DNA of 64,000 nt from assembly GCA_002269645.1 (NCBI GenBank), contig NIVC01003160.1, forward strand, positions 50,448 to 114,447. Direction: 5' to 3'. Shown in pieces: positions 47,505-59,561 of the stretch; position 1 is the stretch's first letter; the number at the start of each line of letters is the position of its first letter. A model generated the notes under the pieces. The model did no database searches. It was not told the origin of the DNA and saw nothing but the letters and a program-made list of their open reading frames with translations. The position numbers and the translations under genes are program-made. The DNA comes from Macrostomum lignano (lineage: Eukaryota).

Positions 47505-50215
47505 GAATTTAACGTTCAGCAGGGGAATTTGGGGATCAGAGTTTTACCTGAGGAATTTGGGGATCAGAGTTTAACCTGAGGAATTTGGGGATCAGATTGT
47601 TTTACCTGAGGAATTTGGGGATCAGAGTTTTATTTGAGGAACTTGGGGATCAGAGTTTTACCTGAGGAATTTGGGGATCAGAGTTTTACCTGAGGAATTT
47701 GGGGATAAGAGTTTTACCTGAGGAATTTGGGGATCAGAGTTTTACCTGAGGAATTTGGGGATCAGAGTTTTACCTGAGGAACTTGGGGATCAGAGTTTTA
47801 CCTGAGGAATTTGGGGATCAGAGTTTTACCTGAGGAATTTGGGGATCAGATCGTTTTACCTGAGGAATTTGGGGATCAGAGTTTTACCTGAGGAATTTGG
47901 GGATAAGAGTTTTACCTGAGGAATTTGGGGATCAAAGTTTTACATGAGGAATTTGGGGGATCAGAGTTTTACCTGAGGAATTTGGGGATCAGAGTTTTAT
48001 TTGAGGAACTTGGGGGATCAGAGTTTTACCTGAGGAATTTGGGGATCAGAGTTTTATTTGAGGAACTTGGGGATCAGAGTTTTACCTGAGGAATTTGGGG
48101 ATCAGAGTTTTACCTGAGGAATTTGGGGATCAGAGTTTTACCTGAGGAATTTGGGGATCAGATTTTTACCTGAGGAATTTGGGGGATCAGAGTTTTACCT
48201 GAGGAATTTGGGGGATCAGAGTTTTACCTGAGGAATTTGGGGATCAGTGTTTTACCTGAGGAATTTGGGGATCAGATCGTTTTACCTGAGGAATTTGGGG
48301 ATCAGAGTTTTACCTGAGGAATTTGGGGATCAGATCGTTTTACCTGAGGAATTTGGGGATCAGATCGTTTTACCTGAGGAATTTGGGGATCAGAGTTTTA
48401 CCTGAGGAATTTGGGGATCAGATCGTTTTACCTGAGGAATTTGGGGATAAGAGTTTTACCTGAGGAATTTGGGGATCAGAGTTTTACCTGAGGAATTTGG
48501 GGATCAGAGTTTTACATGAGGAATTTGGGGATCAGATCGTTTTACCTGAGGAATTTGGGGATCAGATCGTTTTACCTGAGGAATTTGGGGATCAGAGTTT
48601 TACCTGAGGAATTTGGGGATCAGAGTTTTACCTGAGGAATTTGGGGATCAGAGTTTTACATGAGGAATTTGGGGATCAGATCGTTTTACCTGAGGAATTT
48701 GGGGGATCAGAGTTTTACCTGAGGAATTTGGGGATCAGATCGTTTTACCTGAGGAATTTGGGGATCAGATCGTTTTACCTGAGGAATTTGGGGATCAGAT
48801 CGTTTTACCTGAGGAATTTGGGGATCAGATCGTTTTACCTGAGGAATTTGGGGATCAGAGTTTTACCTGAGGAATTTGGGGATCAGATCGTTTTACCTGA
48901 GGAATTTGGGGATAAGAGTTTTACCTGAGGAATTTGGGGATCAGAGTTTTACCTGAGGAATTTGGGGATCAGAGTTTTACCTGAGGAATTTGGGGATCAG
49001 AGTTTTACCTGAGGAATTTGGGGATCAGAGTTTTACCTGAGGAATTTGGGGATCAGAGTTTTACATGAGGAATTTGGGGATCAGATCGTTTTACCTGAGG
49101 AATTTGGGGATCAGATCGTTTTACCTGAGGAATTTGGGGATCAGAGTTTTACCTGAGGAATTTGGGGATCAGAGTTTTACCTGAGGAATTTGGGGATCAG
49201 AGTTTTACATGAGGAATTTGGGGATCAGATCGTTTTACCTGAGGAATTTGGGGGATCAGAGTTTTACCTGAGGAATTTGGGCATCAGATCGTTTTACCTG
49301 AGGAATTTGGGCATCAGATCGTTTTACCTGAGGAATTTGGGGATCAGATCGTTTTACCTGAGGAATTTGGGGATCAGATCGTTTTACCTGAGGAATTTGG
49401 GGGATCAGAGTTTTACCTGAGGAATTTGGGGATCAGATCGTTTTACCTGAGGAATTTGGGGATAAGAGTTTTACCTGAGGAATTTGGGGATCAGATCGTT
49501 TAACCTGAGGAATTTGGGGATCAGATCGTTTTACCTGAGGAATTTGGGGATCAGATCGTTTTACCTGAGGAATTTGGGGATCAGAGTTTTACCTGAGGAA
49601 TTTGGGGATCAGATCGTTTTACCTGAGGAATTTGGGGATCAGATCGTTTTACCTGAGGAATTTGGGGATCAGAGTTTTACCTGAGGAATTTGGGGATCAG
49701 ATCGTTTTACCTGAGGAATTTGGGGATAAGAGTTTTACCTGAGGAATTTGGGGATCAGATCGTTTAACCTGAGGAATTTGGGGATCAGATCGTTTTACCT
49801 GAGGAATTTGGGGATCAGATCGTTTTACCTGAGGAATTTGGGGATCAGAGTTTTACCTGAGGAATTTGGGGATCAGATCGTTTTACCTGAGGAATTTGGG
49901 GATAAGAGTTTTACCTGAGGAATTTGGGGATCAGAGTTTTACCTGAGGAATTTGGGGATCAGATCGTTTTACCTGAGGAATTTGGGGATAAGAGTTTTAC
50001 CTGAGGAATTTGGGGATCAGAGTTTTACCTGAGGAATTTGGGGATCAGATCGTTTTACCTGAGGAATTTGGGGATCAGATCGTTTTACCTGAGGAATTTG
50101 GGGATCAGAGTTTTACCTGAGGAATTTGGGGATCAGATCGTTTTACCTGAGGAATTTGGGGATCAGAGTTTTACCTGAGGAATTTGGGAATCACAGTTTT
50201 ACCTGAGGAATTCCT
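47505..50215 (+). repeat. 28/30-bp minisatellite (GAGGAATTTGGGGATCAGA[G/TCG]TTTTACCT)n
   Basis: Direct reading; includes an internal block duplication with a period of about 550 bp (48641 vs 49190). Confidence 0.97.
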
Positions 50216-50832
50216 TGACTATCACCACAAATACCTCACTATAACATTTATGTACATTAATGTATATCTTGTCTAAGCAAATTTATGTAACTTTGCATTA
50301 TTCAATAACAATAAGTATTTTCATGTACATTTTTCTAGTTTTATTTAATTAGTACTTTTAACAGTTTTTCTCATTTAAACTTTAAAGGGTTTTGTAATTT
50401 GTATTCAAAATCTGTACATAAAGCATTACTTGTTTATCTTGCTCAGTAGTAACATTGCCATTTCAAAAAAAATCTTCCAGTATAACAAAAGCGATTTGTT
50501 GTTGTATTTCGTCTCCTAACAAACAGTTGACTTTATCTGATCAACTATCGATATTTCTTTATCTATCATTTTTTTCTACTGTAACAAAAAAGCCAAGTTT
50601 TTTCTGTCGAAATAAATAAAAAAGAGCCGATAATATTGCTTTTTGTTTTAATAATGCAGCACGTCAAAAGTTGTTGATATTGAATGAAAAATAAACCCTC
50701 TCGTTGGATAAACTTGTTTTAATTGGTTAAACATTTCATCCTCTCAATCCAGTTCAAATCCAATAGGTCATTTAAGGTCACCGAATAGAATCGTTATCAA
50801 AATTAGCAAGAGGACCGATTTGCCCGACGATT

Positions 50833-50846
50833 GTTGCCATGGCAAC
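50833..50846. promoter_or_regulatory. Perfect palindromic RFX X-box GTTGCCATGGCAAC in a small GC-rich island
   Basis: Exact consensus match; target gene unclear. Confidence 0.5.
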
Positions 50847-51049
50847 CAGGGCAGCGCCGCCGGCAATTCCAAATTGGGCGAAGTCCGCCGAGTAGCTGCA
50901 AGATGAAACCGGGTGCTTAAATTATTCGGTGCCTGCATGCGTATTTCTAGATTTGTTTGAAGCAGTTCGATCAAAATTTTATTAGACATCCCGTCTCAAT
51001 TCCAGCCTTAGAAGATAAGGATGAGATACAGGAGCCTATTCAGAATAAC

Positions 51050-51410
51050 AGCTATGAGCGTTCCTGAAACTCGTGATATATCAGCATTCCTGAATCTCAT
51101 ATATGAAGATTCCTGATTCTCATATATCTGAATTTCTGAATCTCCTATATCAGAATATGAAACATTCCGAATCTTTTATATTACCATTCCTGAATCCCAT
51201 ATATATGAGCATTCCTGAATCTCACCTATGAGCATTCCTGAATCTCACCTATGAGATTCCTGAATCTCACCTATGAGCATTCCTGAATCTCACCTATGAG
51301 CATTGCTGAATCTCACCTATGAGCATTCCTGAATCTCACCTATGAGCGTTTCTGAATCTCACCTATGAGCGTTCCTGAATCTCACCTATGAGCGTTCCTG
51401 AATCTCACCC
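51050..51410 (+). repeat. 23-bp minisatellite (GAATCTCACCTATGAGCRTTCCT)n
   Basis: Direct reading; the left part is degenerate. Confidence 0.92.
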
Positions 51411-54400
51411 TACAAGATGACACAATGAAACCCACCTCGAAACAGCTCCCACAGCTGAGCCAATCTGCCACAGAATCTTCTGTTTGAGTGAAGCGCTCGG
51501 CACTTGACGGGTCAGTTCGTCGGAGGCCAGCAAAGTGGACAAGGTCTTGTCGAAATTGACGGTCGGCTGACTCGGTAGCGACACAGTCTGATGATCAGGT
51601 TTGCCAAGTGAGATGAGTCGAGAGCTGTTAAGAACGGAGGGCTCTTCAATAACGACGTCGAACTTAGTGCTGGATGATTTTGTGCTGAGCACCGGCTGGG
51701 AGCCAAAATTGGTAACGCGCTTTGACTGCTTGGACAAATGGACTCGCTCCGCAGCCATAGTCAGGCGTCGGTCGTTCGACACGGAACGACGTTCTCGTGA
51801 CAGCCGTCGGTCCATCGACACAACGCGACGCTCAGCAGCTCTAGTCAGACGTCGGTCAGTCGACACAGCTCGACGCTCAGCAGCCCTAGTCAGGCGTCGG
51901 TCGTTCGACACGGAACGACGTTCTCGTGACAGCCCGGTCCATCGACACAACGCGACGCTCAGCAGCTCTAGTCAGACGTCGGTCAGTCGACACAGCGCGA
52001 CGCTCAGCAGCTCTAGTCAGACGTCGGTCAGTCGACACAGCGCGACGCTCAGCAGCCCTAGTCAGACGCAGGTCAGTCGACACGGAACGACGCTCTCGTG
52101 ACAGCCGTCGGTCAGTCGACACAGCGCGACGCTCAGCAGCTCTAGTCAGACGTCGGTCAGTCGACACAGCGCGACGCTCAGCAGCTCTAGTCAAACGTCG
52201 GTCAGTCGACACAGCGCGACGCTCAGCAGCCCTAGTCAGACGTCGGTTGTTCGACACGGAACGACGCTCTCGTGACAGCCGTCGGTCAGTCGACACAACG
52301 CGACGCTCAGCAGCTCTAGTCAGACGTCGGTCAGTCGACACAGCGCGACGCACAGAAGCCCTAGAGAGGCGTCGGTCGTTCGACACGGAACGACGCTCAG
52401 AAGCTCTAGTCAGCCGTCGGTCAGTCGTCACAGCGCGACGCTCAGCAGCTCTAGTCAGGCGTCGTCGTTCGACACGGAGCGACGCTCTCGTGACAGCCGT
52501 CGGTCCATCGACACAGCGCGACGCTCAGCAGCTCTAGTCAGACGTCGGTCGTTCGACACGGAACGACGCTCTCGTGACAGCCGTCGGTCCATCGACACAG
52601 CGCGACGCTCAGCAGCTCTAGTCAGACGTCGGTCAGTCGACACAGAACGACGCTCTCGTGACAGCCGTCGGTCAGTCGACACAGCGCGACGCTCAGCAGC
52701 TCTAGTCAGACGTCGGTCAGTCGAGACAGCGCGACGCTCAGCAGCTCTAGTCAGACGTCGGTCAGTCGACACAGCGTGACGCTCAGCAGCCTTAGTCAGA
52801 CGTCGGTCGTTCGACACGGAACGACGCTCTCGTGACAGCCGTCGGTCCATCGACACAGCGCGACGCTCAGCAGCTCTAGTCAGACGTCGGTCAGTCGACA
52901 CTGCGCGACGCTCAGCAGCTCTAGTCAGACCTCGGTCGTTCGACACGGAACGAGGCTCTCGTGACAGCCGTCGGTCAGTCGACACAGCGCGACGCTCAGC
53001 AGCTCTAGTCAGACGTCGGTCAGTCGACACAGCGCGACGCTCAGCAGCCCTAGTCAGACGTCGGTCGTTCGACACGGAACGACGCTCTCGTGACAGCCGT
53101 CGGTCCATCGACACAGCGCGACGCTCAGCAGCTCTAGTCAGACGTCGGTCAGTCGACACAGCGCGACGCTCAGCAGCTCTAGTCAGGCGTCGGTCGTTCG
53201 ACACGGAACGACGCTCTCGTGACAGCCGTCGGTCCATCGACACAACGCGACGCTCAGCAGCTCTAGTCAGACGTCGGTCAGTCGACACAGCGCAACGCTC
53301 AGCAGCTCTAGTCAGACGTCGGTCAGTCGACACAGCGCGACGATCAGCAGCCCTAGTCAGACGTCGGTCGTTCGACACGGAACGACGCTCTCGTGACAGC
53401 CGTCGGTCAGTCGTCACAGCGCGACGCTCAGCAGCTCTAGTCAGACGTCGGTCAGTCGACACAGCCCGACGCTCAGCAGCTCTAGTTAGGCGTCGGTCGT
53501 TCGACACGGAACGACGCTCTCGTGACAGCCGTCGGTCCATCGACACAACGCGACGCTCAGCAGCTCTAGTCAGACGTCGGTCAGTCGACACAGCGCGACG
53601 CTCAGCAGCTCTAGTCAGGCGTCGGTCGTTCGACACGGAACGACGCTCAGAAGCTCTAGTCAGCCGTCGGTCAGTCGTCACAGCGCGACGCTCAGCAGCT
53701 CTAGTCAGACGTCGGTCAGTTGACACAGCGCGACGCTCAGCAGCTCTAGTCAGGCGTCGGTCGTTCGACACGGAGCGACGCTCTCGTGACAGCCGTCGGT
53801 CCATCGACACAGCGCGACGCTCAGCAGCTCTAGTCAGACGTCGGTCGTTCGACACGGAACGACGCTCTCGTGACAGCCGTCGGTCCATCGACACAGCGCG
53901 ACGCTCAGCAGCTCTAGTCAGACGTCGGTCGGTCGACACAGCGCGACGCTCAGCAGCTCTAGTCAGACGTCGGTCAGTCGACACAGCGCGACGCTCAGCA
54001 GCCTTAGTCAGAGGTCGGTCGTTCGACACAGAACGACGCTCTCGTGACAGCCGTCGGTCAGTCGACACAGCGCGACGCTCAGCAGCTCTAGTCAGACGTC
54101 GGTCAGTCGACACTGCGCGACGCTCAGCAGCCCTAGTCAGACGTCGGTCGTTCGACACGGAACGACGCTCTCGTGACAGCCGTCGGTCAGTCGTCACAGC
54201 GCGACGCTCAGCAGCTCTAGTCAGACGTCGGTCAGTCGACACAGCGCGACGCTCAGCAGCTCTAGTCAGGCGTCGGTCGTTCGACACGGAGCGACGCTCT
54301 CGTGACAGCCGTCGGTCCATCGACACAACGCGACGCTCAGCAGCTCTAGTCAGACGTCGGTCAGTCGACACAGCGCGACGCTCAGCAGCTCTAGTCAGAC

Positions 54401-54968
54401 GTCGGTCAGTCGACACAGCGCGACGATCAGCAGCTCTAGTCAGACGTCGGTCAGTCGACACTGCGCGACGCTCAGCAGCCCTAGTCAGACGTCGGTCGTT
54501 CGACACGGAACGACGCTCTCGTGACAGCCGTCGGTCCATCGACACAGCGCGATGCTTAGCAGCTCTAGTCAGACGACGGTCAGTCGACACAGCGCGACGC
54601 TCAGCAGCTCTAGTCAGACGTCGGTCAGTCGACACAGCGCGACGCTCAGAAGCCCTAGAGAGGCGTCGGTCGTTCGACACGGAACGACGCTCAGAAGCTC
54701 TAGTCAGGCGTCGATCGTTCGACACGGAACGACGCTCTCGTGACAGCGGACTGCTCTGTGGGAGCCTTCGCACATCAACTCTTGACTGACGAGCGTCATT
54801 CACTACCGAAGTCTTCCCGACATCCGACACAGAGATGCGGCTGCCCGGCTGTGGTCCAGCAGGAGCGGCATCTCCGGCGTTAACTCCGACTTCAGCGATG
54901 TGACAGTCGATTGTCTTCCTGGTCATGAAGACCAGAGTAATCAACAGCAGCAGCTTGACGTCCACCAT
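51405..54968 (-). CDS. Putative secreted Arg-rich repeat protein (about 1190 aa) built from about 70 units of RRLTRAAERRAVSTD (45 bp) and RRLSRERRSVSND (39 bp); two small deletions (about 52465 and 51935) break the frame as assembled
   Basis: Acceptor ccacttccag|ATG at 54968; signal-peptide-like MVDVKLLLLITLVFMTRKTIDC; unique N- and C-terminal domains in the same frame; both unit lengths are multiples of 3; several unit variants are synonymous. Confidence 0.65.
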
Positions 54969-55418
54969 CTGGAAGTGGAGAAAAGTTTGAGAAAATTTGA
55001 CAGCTTTTAGATTAGTATTGCAAAAAAGCATGTTTTTCGAATATTTAATCCCTTTAGCATTTATCAATTTCTTAGCCAAGATACATGTACCGTCCCGGGA
55101 AAATTTCTGATCGAACAGTGCAAATTCGAACAAAATCGGTCAAGCCATTCAGGAGAAAATCGATTTCGTACAAACAAACAACTCATTTTTAGTACATAGG
55201 AAAAAGGTAGTTTTGCAGGAAGGTTGCTGGATCAGAGGATCCAGCTTTAGTGGGCACCTTAGGCTTGATAGGCATATATAGTTTTCACTAGGCCTCTTGG
55301 ACGACAACTGGTCTGAAGTTTGTATACAATACTTGCCTGGCGATGAGAAAGTACCCGCATGCGTTTTGTACCAGTGTCTCCGCTTGCCTATACTTGCTGG
55401 CTCCGGGTCAATTTTAGG

Positions 55419-55590
55419 CAAGGGTTGGCAAACTCCCGCGCGTGAAGGTTTTTTCGCTCAAGTCTGATGGTCTCTTCTCAGCTCTCTTCTTTCTTCTACT
55501 CTCCTCCCCTCTCTTCTCTCTATCTCCTCTCTCCCTTCTCCCTTTTCTCTTCTTTCCTCTCCTAGCCCGCAGTCATTCGCAAGATTCGAT
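55419..55590 (+). mobile_element. Left part of a hAT-Charlie-like MITE (third copy)
   Basis: CAAGGGTTGGCAAACT (14/16 to the 20325 TIR), then a CT tract and AGCCCGCAGT, running directly into the 21-bp array. Confidence 0.45.
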
Positions 55591-55599
55591 ATATTTCAA

Positions 55600-57060
55600 T
55601 ATTCAAAGATTCTATATGTATATCTATATCGCAATTAAAGATTCCATATCCATATCGCAAGATTCTATATCTATATCGCAAGATTCCATATCTATATCGC
55701 AAGATTCCATATCTATATCGCAAGATTCCATATCTATATCGCAAGATTTCAAATCTATATCGCAAGATTTCAAATCTATATCGCAAGATTTCAAATCTAT
55801 ATCGCAAGATTTCAAATCTATATCGCAAGATTCCATATCTATATCGCAAGATTTCAAATCTATATCGCAAGATTCTATATCTATATCGCAAGATTCCATA
55901 TCTATATCGCAAGATTCCATATCTATATCGCATGATTATATATCTATATCGCAAGATTTCAAATCTATATTGCAAGATTCTATATCTATATCGCAAGATT
56001 CCATATCTATATCGCAAGATTCCATATCTATATCGCATGATTATATATCTATATCGCAAGATTCCATATCTATATCGCAAGATTCCATATCTATATCGCA
56101 AGATTCCATATCTATATCGCAAGATTCCATATCTATATCGCAAGATTCCATATCTATATCGCAAGATTCCATATCTATATCGCAAGATTCCATATCTATA
56201 ACGCAAGATTCCATATCTATATCGCAAGATTCCATATCTATATCGCAAGATTCCATATCTATATCGCAAGATTCTATATCTATATCGCAAGATTCCATAT
56301 CTATATCGCAAGATTCTAATCTATATCGCAAGATTCCATATCTATATCGCAAGATTCCATATCTATATCGCAAGATTCCATATCTATATCGCAAGATTCC
56401 ATATCTATATCGCAAGATTACATATCTATATCGCAAGATTCCATATCTATATCGCAAGATTCCAAATCTATATCGCAAGATTCCATATCTATATCACAAG
56501 ATTCCATATCTATATCGCATGATTCTATATATCTATATCGCAGGATTCTATATATAGCAAGATTCCATATCTATATCGCAAGATTCCATATCCATATCGC
56601 AAGATTCCATATCTATATCGCAATTAAAGATTCCATATCTATATCGCAAGATTCCATATCTATATTGCAAGATTCCAAATCTATAACGCAAGATTCCATA
56701 TCTATATTGCAAGATTCCATATCTATAACGCAAGATTCCATATCTATATCGCATGATTCCATATCTATATCGCAAGATTCTATATCTATAACGCAAGATT
56801 CCATATCTATTTGCAAGATTCCATATCTATATCGCAAGATTCCATATCCATATCGCAAGATTCCATATCTATATCGCAAGATTCTATATCTATATCGCAA
56901 GATTCCATATCTATATCGCAAGATTCCATATCTATATCGCAAGATTCCATATCTATATCGCAAGATTCCATATCTATATCGCAAGATTCTATATCTATAT
57001 CGCAAGATTCCATATCTATATCGCAAGATTCCATATCTATATCGCAAGATTCCATATCTG
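55600..57060 (+). repeat. 21-bp minisatellite (GATTCCATATCTATATCGCAA)n, probably in the 5' intron of the Arg-rich gene
   Basis: Direct reading; a minus-strand donor CCAAG|gtgagt lies near 57176. Confidence 0.96.
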
Positions 57061-57789
57061 CTCGTATTTCCAGGAAAGCTCTAGACGAACTAAGTCTACG
57101 GAGAACACCGTGAACCTGCCGGTTAAAGTGCAATATGCAGTTCAGTTTAAAGGATATTACGAGTAGTTCAACTCACCTTGGTAGACAGTTAGTTCAACAA
57201 AAATTATGCGCAGAAAGGTGCCAGAATCGAAAATTGATGAACTTGGTGAAAGGCAGTGAAGTCCGACTAGCGCCGCTACTGTCTGATATATATATACATT
57301 TCTCTTAGTTGCTGGGGGAAAACTGACTTGCTCTTATCAGCAATTGGCAGGCGGAGCGGTCGCCAGCAGGCCGGCACCAACCCAAACCCAATGGGCTTTC
57401 ATCAATTTCAACGGATTGCAGGGCCTTGGTTTCATGGAATTCGAATCGACTTCAACCACTCGCGGTCACGGTTTCAATCCAACGAGTTCCATGATTTTTT
57501 ATCGCTTTTTCTTTCCTTCGAGTTTCTCACCGATAATCCGGGAAATCGCGCGTCGAGGGAAATCAGACTCTGAGAGTGGGTTACGCAACAGCGAGTACTG
57601 ATTGAGAGCTCGGCACTCGAAGGAATTGCGGGCAACGTTGATTAACTCTTGTGTCATAAACACAAGTTGTCGCTTTTGCAAGCAGATGGGCCTTTGTTTA
57701 CAGATTTCTGCTGTCTTTAGGCAAGCATGCAAGAGCAGTAGCCAGCTTGATAACCGTGTGACAGCCTGATGGTGAATCATGTTGCACTT

Positions 57790-58620
57790 GTTTTGGTGAA
57801 TAGTGTGATGGTGAATTATGTAGCAATCTATTGGTGAATGTGACAGTGTGATGGTGAATTGTGTAGCAATCTATTGGTGAATTTGACAGTGTGATGGTGA
57901 ATTATGTGACAGACTGCAATGGTGAATGATTTGAAAGTGCAATGGTGAATGATGTGACAGTGCAATGATGAGTGATGTGACAGTGCAATGGTGAATGATG
58001 TGACAGTGCAATGGTGAATGATGTGACAGTGCAATGGTGAATGATGTGACATTGCAATGGTGAATGATGTGACAGTGCAATGGTGAATGATGTGAAAGTG
58101 CAATGGTGAATGATGTGAAAGTGCAATGGTGAATGATGTGAAAGTGCATTGGTGAATGATGTGAAAGTGCAATGGTGAATGATGTGAAAGTGCAATGGTG
58201 AATGATGTGAAAGTGCATTGGTGAATGATGTGAAAGTGCATTGGTGAATGATGTGAAAGTGCAATGGTGAATGATGTGAAAGTGCAATGGTGAATGATGT
58301 GACAGTACAATGGTGAATGATGTGAAAGTGCAATGGTGAATGATGTGAAAGTGCATTGGTGAATGATGTGAAAGTGCAATGGTGAATGATGTGAAAGTGC
58401 ATTGGTGAATGATGTGAAAGTGCAATGGTGAATGATGTGAAAGTGCAATGGTGAATGATGTGAAAGTGCAATGGTGAATGATGTGAAAGTGCATTGGTGA
58501 ATGATGTGAAAGTGCAATGGTGAATGATGTGAAAGTGCAATGGTGAATGATGTGAAAGTGCAATGGTGAATGATGTGAAAGTGCATTGGTGAATGATGTG
58601 AAAGTGCAATGGTGAATGAT
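57790..58620 (+). repeat. 23-bp minisatellite (GGTGAATGATGTGAAAGTGCAAT)n
   Basis: Direct reading. Confidence 0.96.
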
Positions 58621-58964
58621 TTTCTTCTGGTTGTTGAAATATTTAGCCAAAACAAAGCAAGCCAAGTAAATTTCAAACAGAATACGTCGTAAATTGTTTC
58701 ACTGCTTCAGCAAAAACAAATGCAAGCATTTTTAATGCTACGCTTGACAAATGACAAAACTTATCATCAGTGTATTTCGGTTTACGATTTTGCGAATAGA
58801 AAAGAACAGTATTTTGTGCCGGTGGAAATCAAAAAAAGACTAACAGAAACTATTGGAACAAAAACAAAATAAGCTGCTAATTGTGCATGTATGAAAGCAC
58901 TTTTATTGTTTTTATTAGTTAACCTGTTAATCATAGCGATCGAATAGATGATTATTTGGCACCC

Positions 58965-59450
58965 TCTAAAATGATTTTAGTTCACCGTAGAAATGATTTT
59001 GCCTCACACTAGAAATGATTTTGTCTCATCCTAGAAATGATTTTGTCTCATCCTAGAAATGATTTTGTCTCACCCTAGAAATGATTATGTCTCATCCTAG
59101 AAATGATTTTGTCTCACCCTAGAATTGATTTTGTCTCACCCTAGAAATGATTTTGTCTCATCCTAGAAATGATTATGACTCATCCTAGAAATGATTTTGT
59201 CTCACCCTAGAAATGATTATGTCTCATCCTAGAAATGATTTTGTCTCACCCTAGAATTGATTTTGTCTCACCCTAGAAATGATTTTGTCTCATCCTAGAA
59301 ATGATTATGACTCATCCTAGAAATGATTTTGTCTCACCCTAGAAATGATTATGACTCATCCTAGAAATGATTTTGTCTCACCCTAGAAATGATTATGACT
59401 CATCCTAGAAGTAATTTTGTCCGATCCTAGAAATGATTTTGGGTCCCCCT
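58965..59450 (+). repeat. 22-bp minisatellite (CCTAGAAATGATTTTGTCTCAY)n
   Basis: Direct reading. Confidence 0.95.
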
Positions 59451-59561
59451 TGGACTGATAGTTTTATAGTTAGGGAAATTTTTAGAAGAGAATTATCAAG
59501 AGTCAAAAAAGCAACAAGGAGTTCCACTGTAAAAAACAGTGCATCATATTTTACGAGGTGT

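Noticed and set aside
50768-50989. 73-aa minus-strand ORF as a continuation exon of the Arg-rich gene
   Set aside because: Splicing from the 51408 donor to the nearest good acceptor (51006) gives GLELRRDV* in a different frame, and the ORF frame is closed upstream by a stop.
55442-56557. 371-aa plus-strand ORF with hydrophobic start and SQDSISI repeats, superficially a secreted Ser-rich protein
   Set aside because: It starts at GTG inside a MITE end, the hydrophobic stretch is the MITE CT tract, and the 21-bp unit is open by chance; the frame switches within the array.
57328-57780. Short ORFs in a moderately GC-rich segment
   Set aside because: No recognisable domain or consistent splice structure; it may be the 5' UTR or promoter of the Arg-rich gene.
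1-59450. Regularly spaced repeats resembling CRISPR arrays
   Set aside because: Units are contiguous with no unique spacers, there are no cas genes, and the context is eukaryotic.
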